Assembly: GCA_951406725.2 (NCBI GenBank)
Contig: OX597828.1
Coordinates: forward strand, 20,584,001-20,648,000
Direction: 5' to 3'
From: Octopus vulgaris
Lineage: Eukaryota
DNA: 64,000 bases
Shown here: piece after piece, positions 1 through 15,507 of the stretch
Numbering within the stretch: the stretch's first letter is position 1
Layout: each line of letters begins with the position of its first letter
The notes under the pieces: generated by a model
The model's input: the letters and a program-made list of their open reading frames with translations, nothing else
Databases searched by the model: none
Told to the model about the DNA's origin: nothing
Made by a program: the position numbers and the translations under genes

Positions 1-165
<165 letters not shown>

Positions 166-169
166 CTAT

Positions 170-595
170 GGCAGCGTGCTGGCAGAATCGTTAGCACGCT
201 GAGCGAAATGCTTAGCGATATTTCGTCTGTCGCTACGTTCTGAGTTCAAATTCTGCCGAGGTCGACTTTGCCATTTATCCTTTCGGGGTCGATAAATTAA
301 GTACCAGCTGAGTACTGCGGTTGCTGTAATCGAATAGCTCCCTCCCCCACAATTTCAGGCCTTGTGCCAATATTAGAAAGGATCATTATTAATATTAAAG
401 CTGTGAGCTGGCAGAATCGTTAGCATACAGGGAAAATGCTAAAAGAGCATTTTGTGCGTCTTTACGTTCAAATTCCGCCGAGGTTGATTTTGCCTTTCAT
501 TCTTTCGAGGTCGACAAAATAAGTACCAGTTGCGTACTGGGGTCGTTGTAACCGACTAGTACCCTGCCTCGAAATTGCTGGCCTTGTGCCAAATT
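170..595 (+). mobile_element. Two adjacent tRNA-headed SINE copies (family A)
   Basis: Head GCTGGCAGAATCGTTAGCA, box-B-like GAGTTCAAATTC and core GCCTTTCATCCTTTCGGGGTCGATAAA..AGTACCAG; recurs many times in the window. Confidence 0.8.
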
Positions 596-701
596 TTACA
601 TTGCTCAGTTTTATGGCATCCGCTCCGAAATTACCCTTTTTGTTATTCTACTCCATACACAGACTTTATAATTTCCATCTTTTTACCCGGGAACTTTTTG
701 A

Positions 702-1273
702 TACCTATTTCTTTACTACCCACAAGGGGCTAAACACAGAGAGGACAAACAAGGACAGACAAACGGATTAAGTTGATTATATTGACCCCAGTGCGTAACT
801 GGTACTTATTTAATCGACCCCCGAAAGGATGAAAGGCAAAGTCGACCTCGGTGGAATTTGAACTCAGAACGTAACGGCAGACGAAATACCTATTTCTTTA
901 CTACCCACAAGGGGCTAAACACAGAGAGGACAAACAAGGACAGAGAAACGGATTAAGTTGATTATATCGACCCCAGTGCGCAACTGGTACTTATTTAATC
1001 GACCCCCGAAAGGAGGAAAGGCAAAGTCGACCTCGATGGAATTTGAACTCAGAACGTAACGGCAGACGAGATGCCTATTTCTTTACTACCCACAAGGGGC
1101 TAAACACAGAGAGGACAAACAAGGACAGAGAAACGGATTAAGTTGATTATATCGACCCCAGTGCGTAACTGGTACTTATTTAATCGACCCCCGAAAGGAT
1201 GAAAGGCAAAGTCGACCTCGGTGGAATTTGAACTCAGAACGTAACGGCAGGCGAACGTTTCTGCCAGCTCGCC
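702..1273 (-). repeat. Tandem trimer of a 185-bp SINE family A body
   Basis: Unit TACCTATTTCTTTACTACCCACAAGGGG... starts at 702, 887 and 1072 (period 185); SINE head remnant at ~1256-1273. Confidence 0.9.
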
Positions 1274-2118
1274 GAACTTTTTGATACCACCATGTGTATA
1301 TTATGATATAGCTCAAGGCGATGAGGCTTGCAAAACAGTTAGAGCATCGGTGGAGTCACTCTATTCTGTCTTCCTTCCAGATCTTTCCATTCTGAGTTCC
1401 ACTCAGCAATGCGTTTCCTTTCAGGGTCGATTAAATAAAAGTACCAGTCAAGTTCTAGTGTGAATGGTATCAAAACCATTGCGGCACGACTTCAATAATG
1501 CTCTTGATCTTGCGATGACGTGGTTTTTAGCATTTCTCCTCCAATTTCATTCTAATCTACGATCATTTCCGCGTTTTTGCTTGCTTGTATTTTAGTTGTT
1601 TTGGGTGGGGGTGGATTTTGGTGGGATTTATTGCCGCTTTTTTCTTTTTTTTTTTTTTACTTGTTCAAAGACTGTTGCTATACCTCAGCAGATATTTTAT
1701 GTACGACCAGTTCCAGCGCGTCTTCTGATTCAAGAATCATAAGAACATTGCTATCATTAAACGTCTTTTTCATGTGTCTATTAAAATGTTCTTAGCATTT
1801 TTATTAGATGTTTATATCAGATGTTATTGGTTGACCGTCAGTACCAAACACTAGCAATCCTTTTGATCTCAAATACAAACACTGACTCGTATACATGCAT
1901 ACATTTATTCACAAATGATCGCGAAGCCTGCTAAATTGAATACTGTTTTCTTGAGCCAATCATGGTGCTTCTCTGAGATCACTTGAAAAGGAAATAACAG
2001 CCAAACCTTCCTCAAATCGCTACCTAGTCTCTTGAATAAAGACAGAAAACACGAGATAATGAACTTAACAAGCTGCCCTCTAAAAAGACAGGTTGATCAC
2101 GGATGGAATGGTATATAA

Positions 2119-2802
<684 letters not shown>

Positions 2803-3177
2803 AATCTCTGACCCATATATACTACAATGCTTATGGATATGAAACATTTTATCATATTTCACTGCAGAAACGTTGCTTCAAACATCTGATGAGTAACGAT
2901 AGCAAAAACATTGAGATATAAGACAATTAGTAGGTAGGTACCCATCCAACATGGTAAAATGTCAACTTTTCAATGTGTTAAATGATGATTTTTTTTTAGA
3001 AATTGCATAAAAACTTTTCAATATGTGTTAAATTATTTTTTTTAGAAATTGTATACATTTGTTAAATGATTTTCTTTTGTTTTTCAGATTATTTCAGGGC
3101 AAAAATGTATTATAGTTTTACAAAAATACCTACATAAATCTAAATTTAAACTGTAATAAGTATATGAAATTAGATAA

Positions 3178-3540
3178 AGACAACTAGAAGTAAGAGCTGT
3201 AGTTCAGCTTTTGGATTTCCTGAAGAATTTCCAGCAGCAATGACCCCCATCAAAGGCTGATGTTTTCCGACATTATTTATGCAAAAGAAAATGTAAAGAA
3301 CAGATACCAAAAACTTCACCCACCGCGAAAGAATGCTACCGAATTGTTGATGCAGATGTGCAAACGATATGGGATAATATTTTTTTCCTTATAATGGGTT
3401 TGAGGGAATAGCTCTAAAAGTTGAGAGAGTGATTGAATTTGCCTATTAATCAAACAAAATACCTATCAAGCAAAACGGAAATAGTTTTGATAAGAAATTA
3501 GAGTTCAATGAAATGTTTGATAAATGTGCCTGCTCATATT
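3178..3540 (+). pseudogene. Degraded DNA-transposase N-terminal fragment (hATm-like by recollection)
   Basis: Hand translation TRSKSCSSAFGFPEEFPAAMTPSKADVFRHYL...VQTIWDN...FNEMFDKCAC with an internal stop; family assignment is from memory only. Confidence 0.35.
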
Positions 3541-3709
3541 ATGGCAAACAAATAAAAAGATCTGACTATCATAGTCAATACCTCTTCCTTGTCATAGCCC
3601 AGGAGTCGAGCATGCTATCAGTTTAGTAACAAAAGCTTCTGAATTCAGAATAGGCTACGATAATAGGCACAAATTCATATTAAATGCACTGAAATCAAGA
3701 CGGGAAAAG

Positions 3710-4520
<811 letters not shown>

Positions 4521-4679
4521 ATATTCTGCATGTATTTCTTGCAGATGCTTTTATTTTCACATCGTGTAGCTGAATGCTCCGGATGTAGAGAACGAAGAGA
4601 GTCGGTTGTTTATAAATTATGGACGACTTAGTTCCTTCAATCCATTTCCTTATTTCTCTAGAGCCTCAGAACAATGAAG

Positions 4680-5249
4680 AATGGTGACAATGACGGTGGT
4701 GGCGATGGTAGTGGTGGTGGCGGTGGTGGTGGTGGTGGTGGTGGTGGTGGTGGTGGAGGTGGTGGTGGTGGTGGTGGTGGCTGCGGCAATGACGACGACG
4801 ATGATGATGATGATGATGATGATAACATTGATGATACTTCTACTGCTGCCGCTAATGATAATGAACGCCACATTGCTACCACCGTCACCATCGCTACCAT
4901 GACCAACGTCATAATTATTGTCTTCGACAGCAAAGCCATCGTCATCGTCATCAGCAACGTAGTTGTTCTTGTCGTCAGCGTTGTCATCATCATCATCATT
5001 ATCATCATCATCATCATCATTATCATCATCATCATCATCACCACCACCACCATCATCTTCCTCCTCTTCTTCCTCCAACTAATCTCCTCCCCTTCTTCCT
5101 CCTACTAATCGTCCTCCCCCTCTTCTTCCTCCTCCTAATAATTCCCCTCCTGTTCTTCTTCCTCCTACTCTTCCTCCTGCTGGCACTGCTCCTCCTCCTC
5201 CGCCTCATCCTGATCATCCTTGATGTAGTCATCATCATCATCGTCATCG

Positions 5250-5298
<49 letters not shown>

Positions 5299-5374
5299 TA
5301 TCGTCGTCATCGTCATCATCATCATCATCGTCATCATCATCATCATCATCATCAACATCATCATCTTCATCATC

Positions 5375-5413
<39 letters not shown>

Positions 5414-5428
5414 TTCATCATCTTCATC

Positions 5429-5469
<41 letters not shown>

Positions 5470-5590
5470 TGTTATCGTCATTATCTTCGTCTTCATCCTC
5501 TTCCTCCTCCTCCTCCTCAGCCGCCGCCTCCTCCTACTTCTCACCATCATCATCATCATGGTCCTTGTTGTCCCTGTTGTCATCGTCAAC
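4680..5590. repeat. Compound triplet low-complexity tract (GGT)n/(GAT)n/(CAT)n/(TCC)n
   Basis: Directly visible; source of homopolymer ORFs. Confidence 0.95.
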
Positions 5591-5852
5591 CCGCCCGGCC
5601 AGTTTACATATAACCGTGTGTTATATGTTGCTCCCATAAATCTAATATGGATACGAAATAGATTTACCACGCGTCCTACGGTTGACTGTTATTATTTATT
5701 ACGTCTCGCATTAAATGTTCTATTCCCGGATTAAACGTTACATTCCTGTAGATTTTCCGTGATAATCCCGGATTAAAAGATACACGCCTTAACAACATGT
5801 TTTCTCTACTGATGAGGGATATTTTGCAATAATATACTTTTATGCATAAGAT

Positions 5853-5935
<83 letters not shown>

Positions 5936-5938
<3 letters not shown>

Positions 5939-6255
5939 GGCACGTGGCTTAGTCGTTAGAACATTCGGCTCACGATATCATAAGGTCGTGAGTTCAATTC
6001 CAGGCGACGCATCGTATCCTTGAGCAATCCATTTTATTTCACGTTGCTTCAGTCTACCCAGCTGGCCAAAATGAGTAGTACCTGTATTTCAAAAGGCCAG
6101 ACTTGTCACACTCTGTGCCATGCTGAATCCTTCTGAGAACTACGTTAAGGGTACACGTGTCTGTGGAGTACTCTACCACTTGTACATTAATATCACGAGC
6201 ATGCTGTTCCTTGATCAGATCAGCTGGAACCTTCGTCATCGTAACAGACGGAGTG
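5936..6255 (+). mobile_element. tRNA-headed SINE family C
   Basis: Box A TGGCTTAGTCGTTAG, box B GAGTTCAATTCC, body TCCTTGAGCAA..TTTATTTCACGTTGCT; multiple copies in the window. Confidence 0.8.
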
Positions 6256-6271
6256 ATCTCTTTTATAATAT

Positions 6272-6308
<37 letters not shown>

Positions 6309-6358
6309 TTAGTGTAAGAAGAAATGGAGCTGAACGAAGATTTAGCAAAACTTCAATA

Positions 6359-6397
<39 letters not shown>

Positions 6398-6888
6398 CAT
6401 ATATATATCGAGGTCGCATGGTAAGATGCTTGATAACCGATAACATCGTTACAGGTTCAATCCCGTTGTGAGTCACCTTCGGCAGTGTCTTCTACTATTG
6501 CTTTGGTCCGACCAAAATATTGTCAGTGGATTTGGAAGACGGGATTCTGCTGTGTATATATTTGTGTGTCTGTGTTTGTTAGTATGTGTGTCTTTGTGTT
6601 TGTGTATATGTGTATGTGTGTGTGTTTGTGTATTAATATGTGTGTGTCTTTGAGCTTGTAAGTATGTGTGTGTGTGTGTGTATTGCTGGTGCTATTACAT
6701 TTTTAACGCTGCTTTAGTAGTTTGCATGCGGGTGGCTAAGTTGTTAGGGTATTCGGCTGACGAGTGTAAGGTCATGAGTGTAAGAGCGTGGTTTCAGGGA
6801 GATTTGCGTGATTTGGCTAAAAGATCAAGCAACCAAGTTGTCTCCATTGTTACCACATAAATAACGTTTCCAATATTACAGGTAAGGG

Positions 6889-7190
6889 TAAAGGTGCATG
6901 GCCCAGTGGTTAAAGCGTCAGGCTCACAATCAGGAAGTGGTGAGTTCGATTCTAAGATCGGGCTGTTTGTTGCGTTCTTGAGCAAGACAATTTATTTCCC
7001 GTTGTTCCAGTTCACTCAGCTGTAGAAATGAGTTGCGACGTCACTGGTGCCAAGATGTATTGGTCTTTGCCTTTCCCTTGGCTGACATGCATGGGCGACT
7101 GCTGGTCTTCCATAAACAACCTTGCCCAGACTTTTCTACGTGCAATCCCATAGCCATTCGAGACCGAAGGGGGTTTTTCCACCTTTACCC
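6889..7190 (+). mobile_element. SINE family C variant
   Basis: tRNA-like head plus TTCTTGAGCAAGACAATTTATTTC; paralog at ~27990-28265. Confidence 0.7.
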
Positions 7191-7705
7191 TTTATTACGT
7201 ATAAATCCTCTCTAAGACACACTAAGACGGACGAAAGCATAGCAGATCAGAAACAACATGGAGAAAGTCTGCAAAAACTAAAACATTGGTAGGCGGGTAG
7301 ACCTGGAAACAACCGCAACACATTGCCAAAGATCGAGGCATATGGACATCTCCTGTTGGTGCACTACGCTTCACATAGAATCAAAGGAATTCACTGACTG
7401 ATGGTCCGGCACTTTACTTTCTGAATTCGTGTCATACCAATGTCAATTTTACTTTTCTTACTTCTGGAAACGATGAGGTAAAGTACTGTCCCTCGACGAC
7501 GGATTAACGAAATTGTTAGGTCCACCGACAAAGTATCATGTAGTCCTTGTTCCGATTCAGTACGTTTTTAATTCAAATTCCACCCTGGTCAGTTTAATCT
7601 TTCATATATCTGGGGAAGAAGAAACAAAATGTAGGTCACGGATAATGGATTAATGGAACTGTTAGAGAGTTAGACAAGATATCATTCTATATTTGTACTG
7701 ATTCC

Positions 7706-7862
7706 AGGCGTAGCTGTGTGGTAAAAAGTTTGCTTTTCAACCACATGGTCCGGGTTCAGTCCCCCTGCGTGGTACCTTGGTGCAAGTGTATTCTACAATA
7801 GCCTCGGAGCGACCAAAGCCTTGTGAGTGGATTTGGTAGACGGAAACTGAAAGAAGCCCATC

Positions 7863-7932
<70 letters not shown>

Positions 7933-8200
7933 GTATATCTCTGTGTGTGCGTATGTATGCGTGTGTATGTCTGTGTGTCTTTGTGTTTCTCACCCCCACC
8001 GCTTGACGGCTTGAGGACTGGTGCTGTTTTGTTTGCGTTCCCGTAACTTAGCAGTTCGGCAAAAGAAACCGATAGAATAAATACCAGGCTTAGAATGAAG
8101 ATGCCACTGGGGTCGACTCGTCCGACTAAACAATTTTCAGATCGGTGTCTCAACATGACCACAACCAAATGACTGAAACAAATCAAAGAGAGGTTAAAAG
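7706..8200 (+). mobile_element. tRNA-headed SINE family B with internal (TA)n/(TG)n
   Basis: GCTGTGTGGTAA..CAACCACATGGT.CCGGGTTCAGTCCC.CTGCGTGG.ACCTTGG; CORE-like ACCTTGGGCAAGT segment; >8 copies in the window. Confidence 0.8.
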
Positions 8201-8699
8201 AAAAAAAAAATTCTCAGTTCGATTTCCACGAAGGTAGATTTTTGTGTTAAATCCTTCTAAAGTCGCGCAACATGGAGGAGTGGTAGAATCGCTAAAGTTT
8301 CAGACAAACTATTTTGCTGTATTTTTTTTAATTCCTTACATTTTGAGTGCATGCCTGGAAAAACAAGTCTATCTGTTTGTATCTAGCCGACAGGATGGCG
8401 TCTTAAGAAGAAATATATTCTAAAAAAAAAGAGGGCACCAGATAGAAAACAAAAATACGGCCTCGTTTTTTTTTTTTTTATAATTCCATGCAAAATCCAT
8501 GTTAAGCATAGCGCGCTTGTCAAGCTAAATAATGCGGGGTTGTTGTTCGATCTCGTGACCTAGAAGGGAGAAGTACATTGGCGTATCTGTAATTGTGAAT
8601 CAGCGGGTGCCGTGTCTTTAATAACAAGTTGTCTCTCGATGAACAAATTTCAGATTAACGTTTCGCAGTTTTGGCACAAGTTCGTATGATTTAAACAGA

Positions 8700-9195
8700 A
8701 TCCTCTCCCTTCTCTCGTCTCCTTCTCCCCCAACTCTTCTTCCTCCTCTTTCTCATCAACAACATCATCATGCTCATCATCATCATCATCAACATAATCA
8801 TTCTCATAGCTATAATCTTCTCCAATGCCAGTATCATCCCCATCATCGTCGTTGTCCTCGTTGTCATCGTCACCGTCGTCGTCATCATCATCATCATCAT
8901 CATCATCACCACCACCACCACTACCACCACCACTGCCACCACCATCATAATCAGCATCACCATCATAATAATAATCATCATCATCCCCACTACCTCCATT
9001 ACCACCACCAATATCATCATCATCATCCTCATCATCACCACCACCATCATCATCATCATCATCATCATCATCCCCGTCTCAGTGCTCCTTGCCACAGTTA
9101 CCATGACCACCTTGACATCACTCATTCGCCATCACAATCATCATCACCACCATCACCACCACCAGTCACCACTACCATATTGACGTGCCATCAAT

Positions 9196-9245
<50 letters not shown>

Positions 9246-9290
9246 TATCATCATCAACAACAACAACGTCAACGCCAACGCCACCACAAA
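8700..9290. repeat. (CAT)n/(CAC)n triplet low-complexity tract
   Basis: Directly visible. Confidence 0.93.
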
Positions 9291-10204
9291 TAACACGCAT
9301 TTAATTAAAATTTTGAAAAAGTCGATCGAGAACACCAGGGCATTTGGGAATTGGTTATGGAGGAATATGGATAAGGTGTGGGAGAGATCATGTGCATCAG
9401 TGGTGGAGGGAGGGAAGGCGGAAGGGTCAGGTCCAAACATGGAACCAATGGAATGGCCAATGGTGGTAAATTAGATTCTTGAACGATGTAAAACAGCCTA
9501 TAGTGTGAGTGTGCAGAATAAAATAATTAATGGACACATATATATATACTTTTATACAAATGTAAAGAGAGAGAGAGAGAGAGGGGTAGATGGGAGAGAG
9601 AGAGGAAGGGAGAAAGAAAGACTGAGAAAAAAGAAAGAAAGAAGGAAAGAAATGCGAGAGAAAAAGAAAGGGGGAAAAATTAGAAAAGGAAAGAGAAAAA
9701 AGAGGAAAATGAGCGAAAGAGATGGTTTGTCAACTGATGGCCGAAGCCGTTCTCTCTCTCTCTCACACACACACACACATACGCATACACACATACAAAT
9801 CACATGCACACACTCATGTATACATACAATTGCACATATGCACATACATACATGTATACACACACGCATATACACACGCACACAAACACGTACACCAGCA
9901 CACGCATACTTTCAATGACAGCCACCCCATTATGATCACTGCAATCAGCTGGTCTAGTTCAACAACGTGGCTATGCAAAAAAAACAACAAAACAAGTAAC
10001 ACTGGCACGCGTCGGTGTGATAATACTCAGAGATTGGTGTTGGTGGGTAATGGCAGCGAAACGAGCAAAGTTTTTAGCAACGCTATTTGGAGAAAAATAG
10101 TTGTAACAACTTTCATGATTACTGTAGAGAATTTGTTTCAAATTTGGTCGTGAAATTATTTTGTGTCAGTCCTGTGCTCATTAGAAAAGAAAATATTTGT
10201 ATTT

Positions 10205-10575
10205 GCATACATACATACATACATACATACATACATACATACATACGCACATGCTTACATGCATGCAGGCATACATACATACATACATACATACATACAT
10301 GCATACATGCATACATGCATGCATACATGCATACATACATACGTACATGCATACATGCATGCATGCATACATACATACATACGTACATGCATACCTGCAT
10401 GCATGCATGCATACATACATACATAGATACATATACATACATACATACATATACATACATACATACATACATGCATACATGCATACATACATACATACAT
10501 ACATACATACATACATACATACATACATACATACATACATACATACATACATACATACATACTTATATACATACA
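10205..10575. repeat. (CATA)n/(CATG)n tetranucleotide array
   Basis: Directly visible. Confidence 0.95.
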
Positions 10576-10937
10576 TAATGGCCGTCCACTCGTGACCGAG
10601 GAAGACCTTTGCTGACCTTTAGGAACATCGTGCGCTCTAGGACTAACGTATACTTTGTATTTGCGGCTCCGTTGGTGGTTACAGAGCCCTGCTCTTGACA
10701 AGTATAAATGACTGCAAACATTGCAAGCCCAGCTTTCCACATTCATTATGTTAGCAGTGCGCTTTCGAGCAGCACGCTTAAATTCTTCATGATGGATACG
10801 TGCTTTTTCAAAAGTGTCGACTCCTTCCTTAACCTGCTTCCCTTATCTGTGGTGATGATAGGCATTATTCTCCCAGTCGGTCCCCTGCATATCACAGGCT
10901 TTTAATGAGGACTTGACACAGTCCTTAAAGCGCAGCC

Positions 10938-10938
<1 letters not shown>
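10575..10938 (-). mobile_element. RTE-type LINE 3' fragment with C2H2-like zinc finger
   Basis: Minus ORF 10255..10746 contains WACNVCSHLYLSRAGLCNHQRS, typical of the C-terminus of RTE ORF2; flanked by (TATG)n on both sides. Confidence 0.6.
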
Positions 10939-10968
<30 letters not shown>

Positions 10969-12267
10969 CATACATACATACATACATACATACAAACATA
11001 CATAGATGTAATTTATCAATGTAAGGTAATAAGTATCGATCTAGTACATAATTACATATGACTTTACCTCCAACCAAATTTTTAGTTACACCCATACATT
11101 TAAGAACCACGTCTTTATCTAAATTTATATGGGATTTGAAAAGTAAAACTTTCACTTGTAACTTACAATGACATTTAGTGTCTGAAGTCAGTTAATTCAC
11201 GGAAAATAAAGTAGTCTGCAATTTATGTGCAATTGAAATCTGCATACTACTCTCTCTCTCTCTCTCTCTTTATCGGTCTCTCTTTCTCCCTCGATCCCTC
11301 TTTCTCTCCTTTGCTTCTGGGAGAAATTCAGGGCCAATAAAAGTGGCAACAGTAATTCAACGTAAGTCGTGGCAGATCTTTCTTGCTTTCTTTTTCTTTG
11401 AGCTGATTCCCATAATAGCATTTTAGGAATTTATTACTTCGCTGTGAGTATCCACTACATTTCAACCTCAGTATATTTACAGTCTCAGTTATCTTAGGAA
11501 TATTACCGTGTAGTTGCTACTTTATTTGATGTGTTTTTCTATGACATTTTCCTTGCTGTTCTGAGAACCAGAAGTATAGTCCATCTAGACGTTTATCCTA
11601 ACAGAGTGATTTAATAAGGGTCCAGCATTGTGCTCGTAGAGAATTTTCTTTTCGTGGACATAACAGTTTTGAAACTTATTTAAACTATAAACTTGAAGCT
11701 CAACCACAAAGATAAATTTTGTCTGCAAATTCATTGTGGATTATAACAATTATGTATTTTAAGTATCTCTCGGACCTCTAATTCTTTCCTTTCTCTGCAG
11801 TCTGCTTCCGTTGGCCCATTAAACCTCTTCACGATACGCTCAAACTTGGCGATACTCCAGATATTCGCTAAATATGCTATACAGTTAGTTATTTGCCGTA
11901 TAATCAGAATAAAAACGATAATATTTAACAGAATAATTGAAACAACTTATCTCCAACCCATAAACTATTAAAGCATTTTTATAGTAATGCTTACTGTAAT
12001 TTACATAGTATGCAAGTGTATGTATGGGCCTGTGTCTGTGTATGTGCAGATACCTGTGTATGTGAGTGTGTGTTCGTAAGTATGTGCGCGTGTGTTTGTG
12101 TGGGTGTCTGTATGAGCAAATGTGTGTGCACATGTGTCTGTGTATGTGAATATGCAGACTAGTATATGAGTGTATGTGTGTGTATGTGTGCGTCTGCATG
12201 CGCGTATATATATATACATATGTGTGTGTGTGTGTATATATATATATGTATACAGGCATACACATAT

Positions 12268-12347
<80 letters not shown>

Positions 12348-12954
12348 TACCATCTTACCAAGGTGAAAAACTTCCGCGACCTTTAATAAATAAAAATCGA
12401 TCATTGATAATATTGATTTTAATAAAATTGATATTTCTATCTAAAGGTGGAATATATCTTGCCATAATGGTGTTTTGTTAAACTGTTTTATTGTCTGCTT
12501 ATATCTGGTTCACAACTCCTCGTTATCATGTCGTTTTTCTCGACTATAAAAGAAATCGGTGACTAATCAACATTGCAACATTCTGATCATTTCGTGAAGA
12601 TCGAACAGACATAGTTAATTAAATCAATATCAATAACCTAGATCAATCGATGCCGTAGGTTTGTCGGTAACGACATTCCCAAGATCTATCGAACCAGAAC
12701 GTAAATATAAAAACAACTCTCGATATGAAGACTTAATTAGATGAGCTTTCTGCGTTATTTCCTGATCTGCTAGAAATGACAGCTAAATGTTACGGAAGAA
12801 TTCAGCTCCGACTGTTGCAGTACGGCGAAGAAGTAATACGCATTATACACACCACAAGAAATCGCAGCACAATCTATGTTGCAATAGAACGCAGAAATAA
12901 AACAGGTGTTACTTAACCGAGTGTAACTGTAACAGATCTTTGTTACACTGCTGG

Positions 12955-13275
12955 CACACCATCAGTTACGAATACGCGGGTTCTATTTGATCCGATCAAC
13001 GGAACAGCTTCCTTGTGAAATTAACGTGCAAGTGGCTGAGTACTTCACAGACACGTGTACCCTTAACGTAGTCCTCAGGAAGATTCAGCGTGATACAGAG
13101 TGTGATAAAGCTGCCCCTTCGAAATACAGGTACTACTCATTTTTACCAGCTGAGAGGACTGGAGCAACGTGAAGTAAAGTGTCTTGCTCAAGACCTAATG
13201 CGTCGTCGGGAATTGAACCCACGACCCTACGATCGTGAGTTGGATACCCTAGCCATCAAACCAAGCATCTTCGCT
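12955..13275 (-). mobile_element. SINE family C
   Basis: Reverse complement of the 5936-6255 family. Confidence 0.75.
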
Positions 13276-13324
13276 CTTCGTTATAACAGGATACGCAATT
13301 AAAGTAGACCATGATCCAAGGCAT

Positions 13325-13670
13325 GACGGTAACACAGATCATCATACAGCCAAACAAAACTTTAATGTTATTCAAGTTTACAGCAACACTGTAACATAGA
13401 CCGTGACACTACAGAACCTAACTGTAACATAAACCTCGACACAATATAATCTAACTGAAACACAGACCTCCACAGAATAGGCTCTCACAGTAACACAGAC
13501 CGTGGGAGAACAGGACCAAGCTGTAACACGGATACGACACATGAGCGCCTTACTGTAACGCAGACCTTCACAGAACAGGCTTTCACAGTAACACAGACCA
13601 TAGGAAAACAGAACCAAATTATAACACAGATATGACAAAACAGAACAAAACCTAACCGAAATAAGGACCA
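13325..13670. repeat. Degenerate 33-bp minisatellite
   Basis: Motif GTAACACAGACC recurs at ~13391, 13424, 13457, 13490, 13523, 13556, 13589 and 13621. Confidence 0.75.
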
Positions 13671-13921
13671 TACAGTTGCAAATGTTGTTGTTGCTGTTCT
13701 TTTCAGTTGTATTTTTCGTGCTTTTGTGGTTAAATAGTTCGCTTCGTAAACACGTGACTGCTGGTTCCGTCCGTCTCACTGTGCGGGCACTTTATCTCTG
13801 AATCGGCCAATGCTTTGGGAATGATTTTGGTAAACGGAAACTGTGCGGAAGCCTGACATATATACACTCACACACTTACACACACAGACACACCACACAC
13901 ACACATTTATATGCTTGTGTG

Positions 13922-13987
<66 letters not shown>

Positions 13988-14607
13988 TATACGTGTTTGT
14001 ATTCTATATGTGTTTATATCTGTATGTGTGTTTGTGCATGTCTCTCATCTCTTAGCAACTGGTGTCGCTTTGTATCTCTGAATCGATCAATGCCTTGGGA
14101 ATGATTTTGGTAAACGGCAACTGTGCGGAAGCCCCCACATGCATACACTGACATTACACACACACACACACACACATTTACATGTTTGTATATATATATA
14201 TGTGTGTGCATATAATTATATACTTTTATTCTTTTATGTTTCATCCCTAAGGCTGTGGCCATACTGGGGCATATATACACATGTTTGTATATGTATGTGT
14301 GTTCGTGCATGTCTTACCGCTTGGTAACTGGTGTCGCTTTGTTTGCGTTTCTGCAATTTAGTGGCTCGGCATAAAGATGGAGTGGATTTGATCGACAAAA
14401 CCTTTTTCAAGGCAGTGCTCCCGCATGGCCACTATCCAATACCTTGAACAAATTAGACAGTATACTATATCTAAGACTACATAACCGTATTTTTTAACGC
14501 CAGGATGTGGTTGAGGGATGAATTTCGCTGTTAATTCTAGCAGGTTGAGTTACTCTGTTAAGGCTTACATATTCGCTCTCATTGTTAATATGCTTTACTT
14601 CCTCTGC

Positions 14608-15145
14608 GAAGGCACGTGGCTTAGTAGTTGAGGTATTCGGCTCACGTTCGCAAGGTCGTGAGTTCAATTTCCGGCAACGCGTTGTGTCCTTCAACAAGAC
14701 ACTTTATTTCACGTTGCTCCAGTCCACTCAGCTGGCAAAAATTAGTAGTACCTGTATTTCAAAGGGTCAACCTTGTCACATTCTGTGTTACACTGAATAA
14801 TGCATAATGCATAATGCACACCTGTGCTGACTGACTGGCAGAAGTATGCCAGAGAATATAAATAATTATGTGAAGGCGCGTGGCTTAGCGGTTAGGGCAT
14901 TCGCTTTACGATCGTAAAGTTGTGAGTTCCATTCCCGGTGACGCATTCTGTCCTTGAGCGAGACAATTTATTTCACGTTGCTCCGCTTCTTTCAGCTAAT
15001 AAAAAGGAGTAGAGCCTGTATTTCAAAGTATCCAGCTTTGTCACATTCTATGTGTGTGGAATACTCGGCCTCTCTCAAGTTAATTAATTTTACGAGCAGG
15101 TTGTTCTGTGGATCGGATCACTTGATGCACCCGTCGTCGTAACTG
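14608..15145 (+). mobile_element. Two consecutive SINE family C copies
   Basis: GAAGGC(A/G)CGTGGCTTAG heads at ~14608 and ~14872. Confidence 0.8.
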
Positions 15146-15475
15146 ATTGAGTGCCAGAATAATTATGTACATTGGGGACTCGATACCCTGTGTTGAAACC
15201 GAAATAACTATAGATCGAAGTAAGAACACTTTTGCCCATTTAAGAACACTATATTATCCACTTACCAACACACAAACGCTATTATTTCTTAATCATCTCT
15301 TAATCTATTGTAGAACGCCCAAAAATTTCGCATTTTGCAACTTCATCACAGACAAAATTGCCTTTGAACAATATCTCATGAGCGGAATTACATAAGCGAA
15401 ATCTTTGCCCAATAGCTCGTCGTATAGTCACCTAATCACACATATATATATGTATATATGTATATATATATATAC

Positions 15476-15507
<32 letters not shown>

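Noticed and set aside
170-260. tRNA genes at SINE heads (also 5936, 18892, 51233, 52731)
   Set aside because: Box A/B are present but no complete cloverleaf, and each continues into a repeated SINE body
702-1256. Regularly spaced repeats resembling a CRISPR array
   Set aside because: Whole 185-bp units are duplicated with no unique spacers; SINE-derived, eukaryotic context, no cas genes
5805-5850. CTGATGAGGGATATT..AATA hammerhead start
   Set aside because: No GAAA or stem III follows; at most a truncated remnant
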